The notes beneath the pieces were generated by a model. The model made no database searches and was not told the origin of the DNA. It saw nothing but the letters and a program-made list of their open reading frames with translations. A program made the translations under genes and the position numbers. From Craspedostauros australis (taxonomy: Eukaryota), in the NCBI GenBank assembly GCA_030167865.1, contig JALAGF010003761.1, positions 1-33,459 on the forward strand: a DNA stretch of 33,459 nt. The letters are read 5' to 3'. Positions 33,401-33,459 of the stretch are shown in pieces. Position 1 is the stretch's first letter; every line of letters starts with the position of its first letter.

Positions 33401-33459
33401 GCACTGGAACACAAGAGATTACTCAATCCAATAGAACAGATCTAGTTGTGGGCCCAAAT

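Overview
Eukaryotic genomic DNA, most likely from a diatom. Evidence: GT-AG introns, bipartite plastid presequences with ASAF-type motifs, DUF6824-type genes, and RXL/KxxK motifs. About 15 protein-coding loci are supported. Conserved genes: plastid EngA/Der GTPase (2 exons), proteasome ATPase RPT5 (2 exons), a PDI/thioredoxin-like protein, and a HAD pyrimidine 5'-nucleotidase fused to a degenerate Nudix domain. Less ordinary genes: a BAF (barrier-to-autointegration factor)-like gene with an ATG-only first exon, a secreted trypsin-like protease on a long Pro/Thr/Ser stalk, a secreted protein with an RXL site, a Lys cluster and about 17 18-aa Cys repeats, a 4-TM LAPTM-like protein, three DUF6824-type genes (one with a CRAL-TRIO-like N-terminal half), and several small orphan genes. 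There is also an MGDG synthase pseudogene, several micro/minisatellites and a 10-bp tandem array near the right end. No rRNA, tRNA, CRISPR or recognisable transposase was seen. All family assignments come from motif recognition by eye; no database searches were run.
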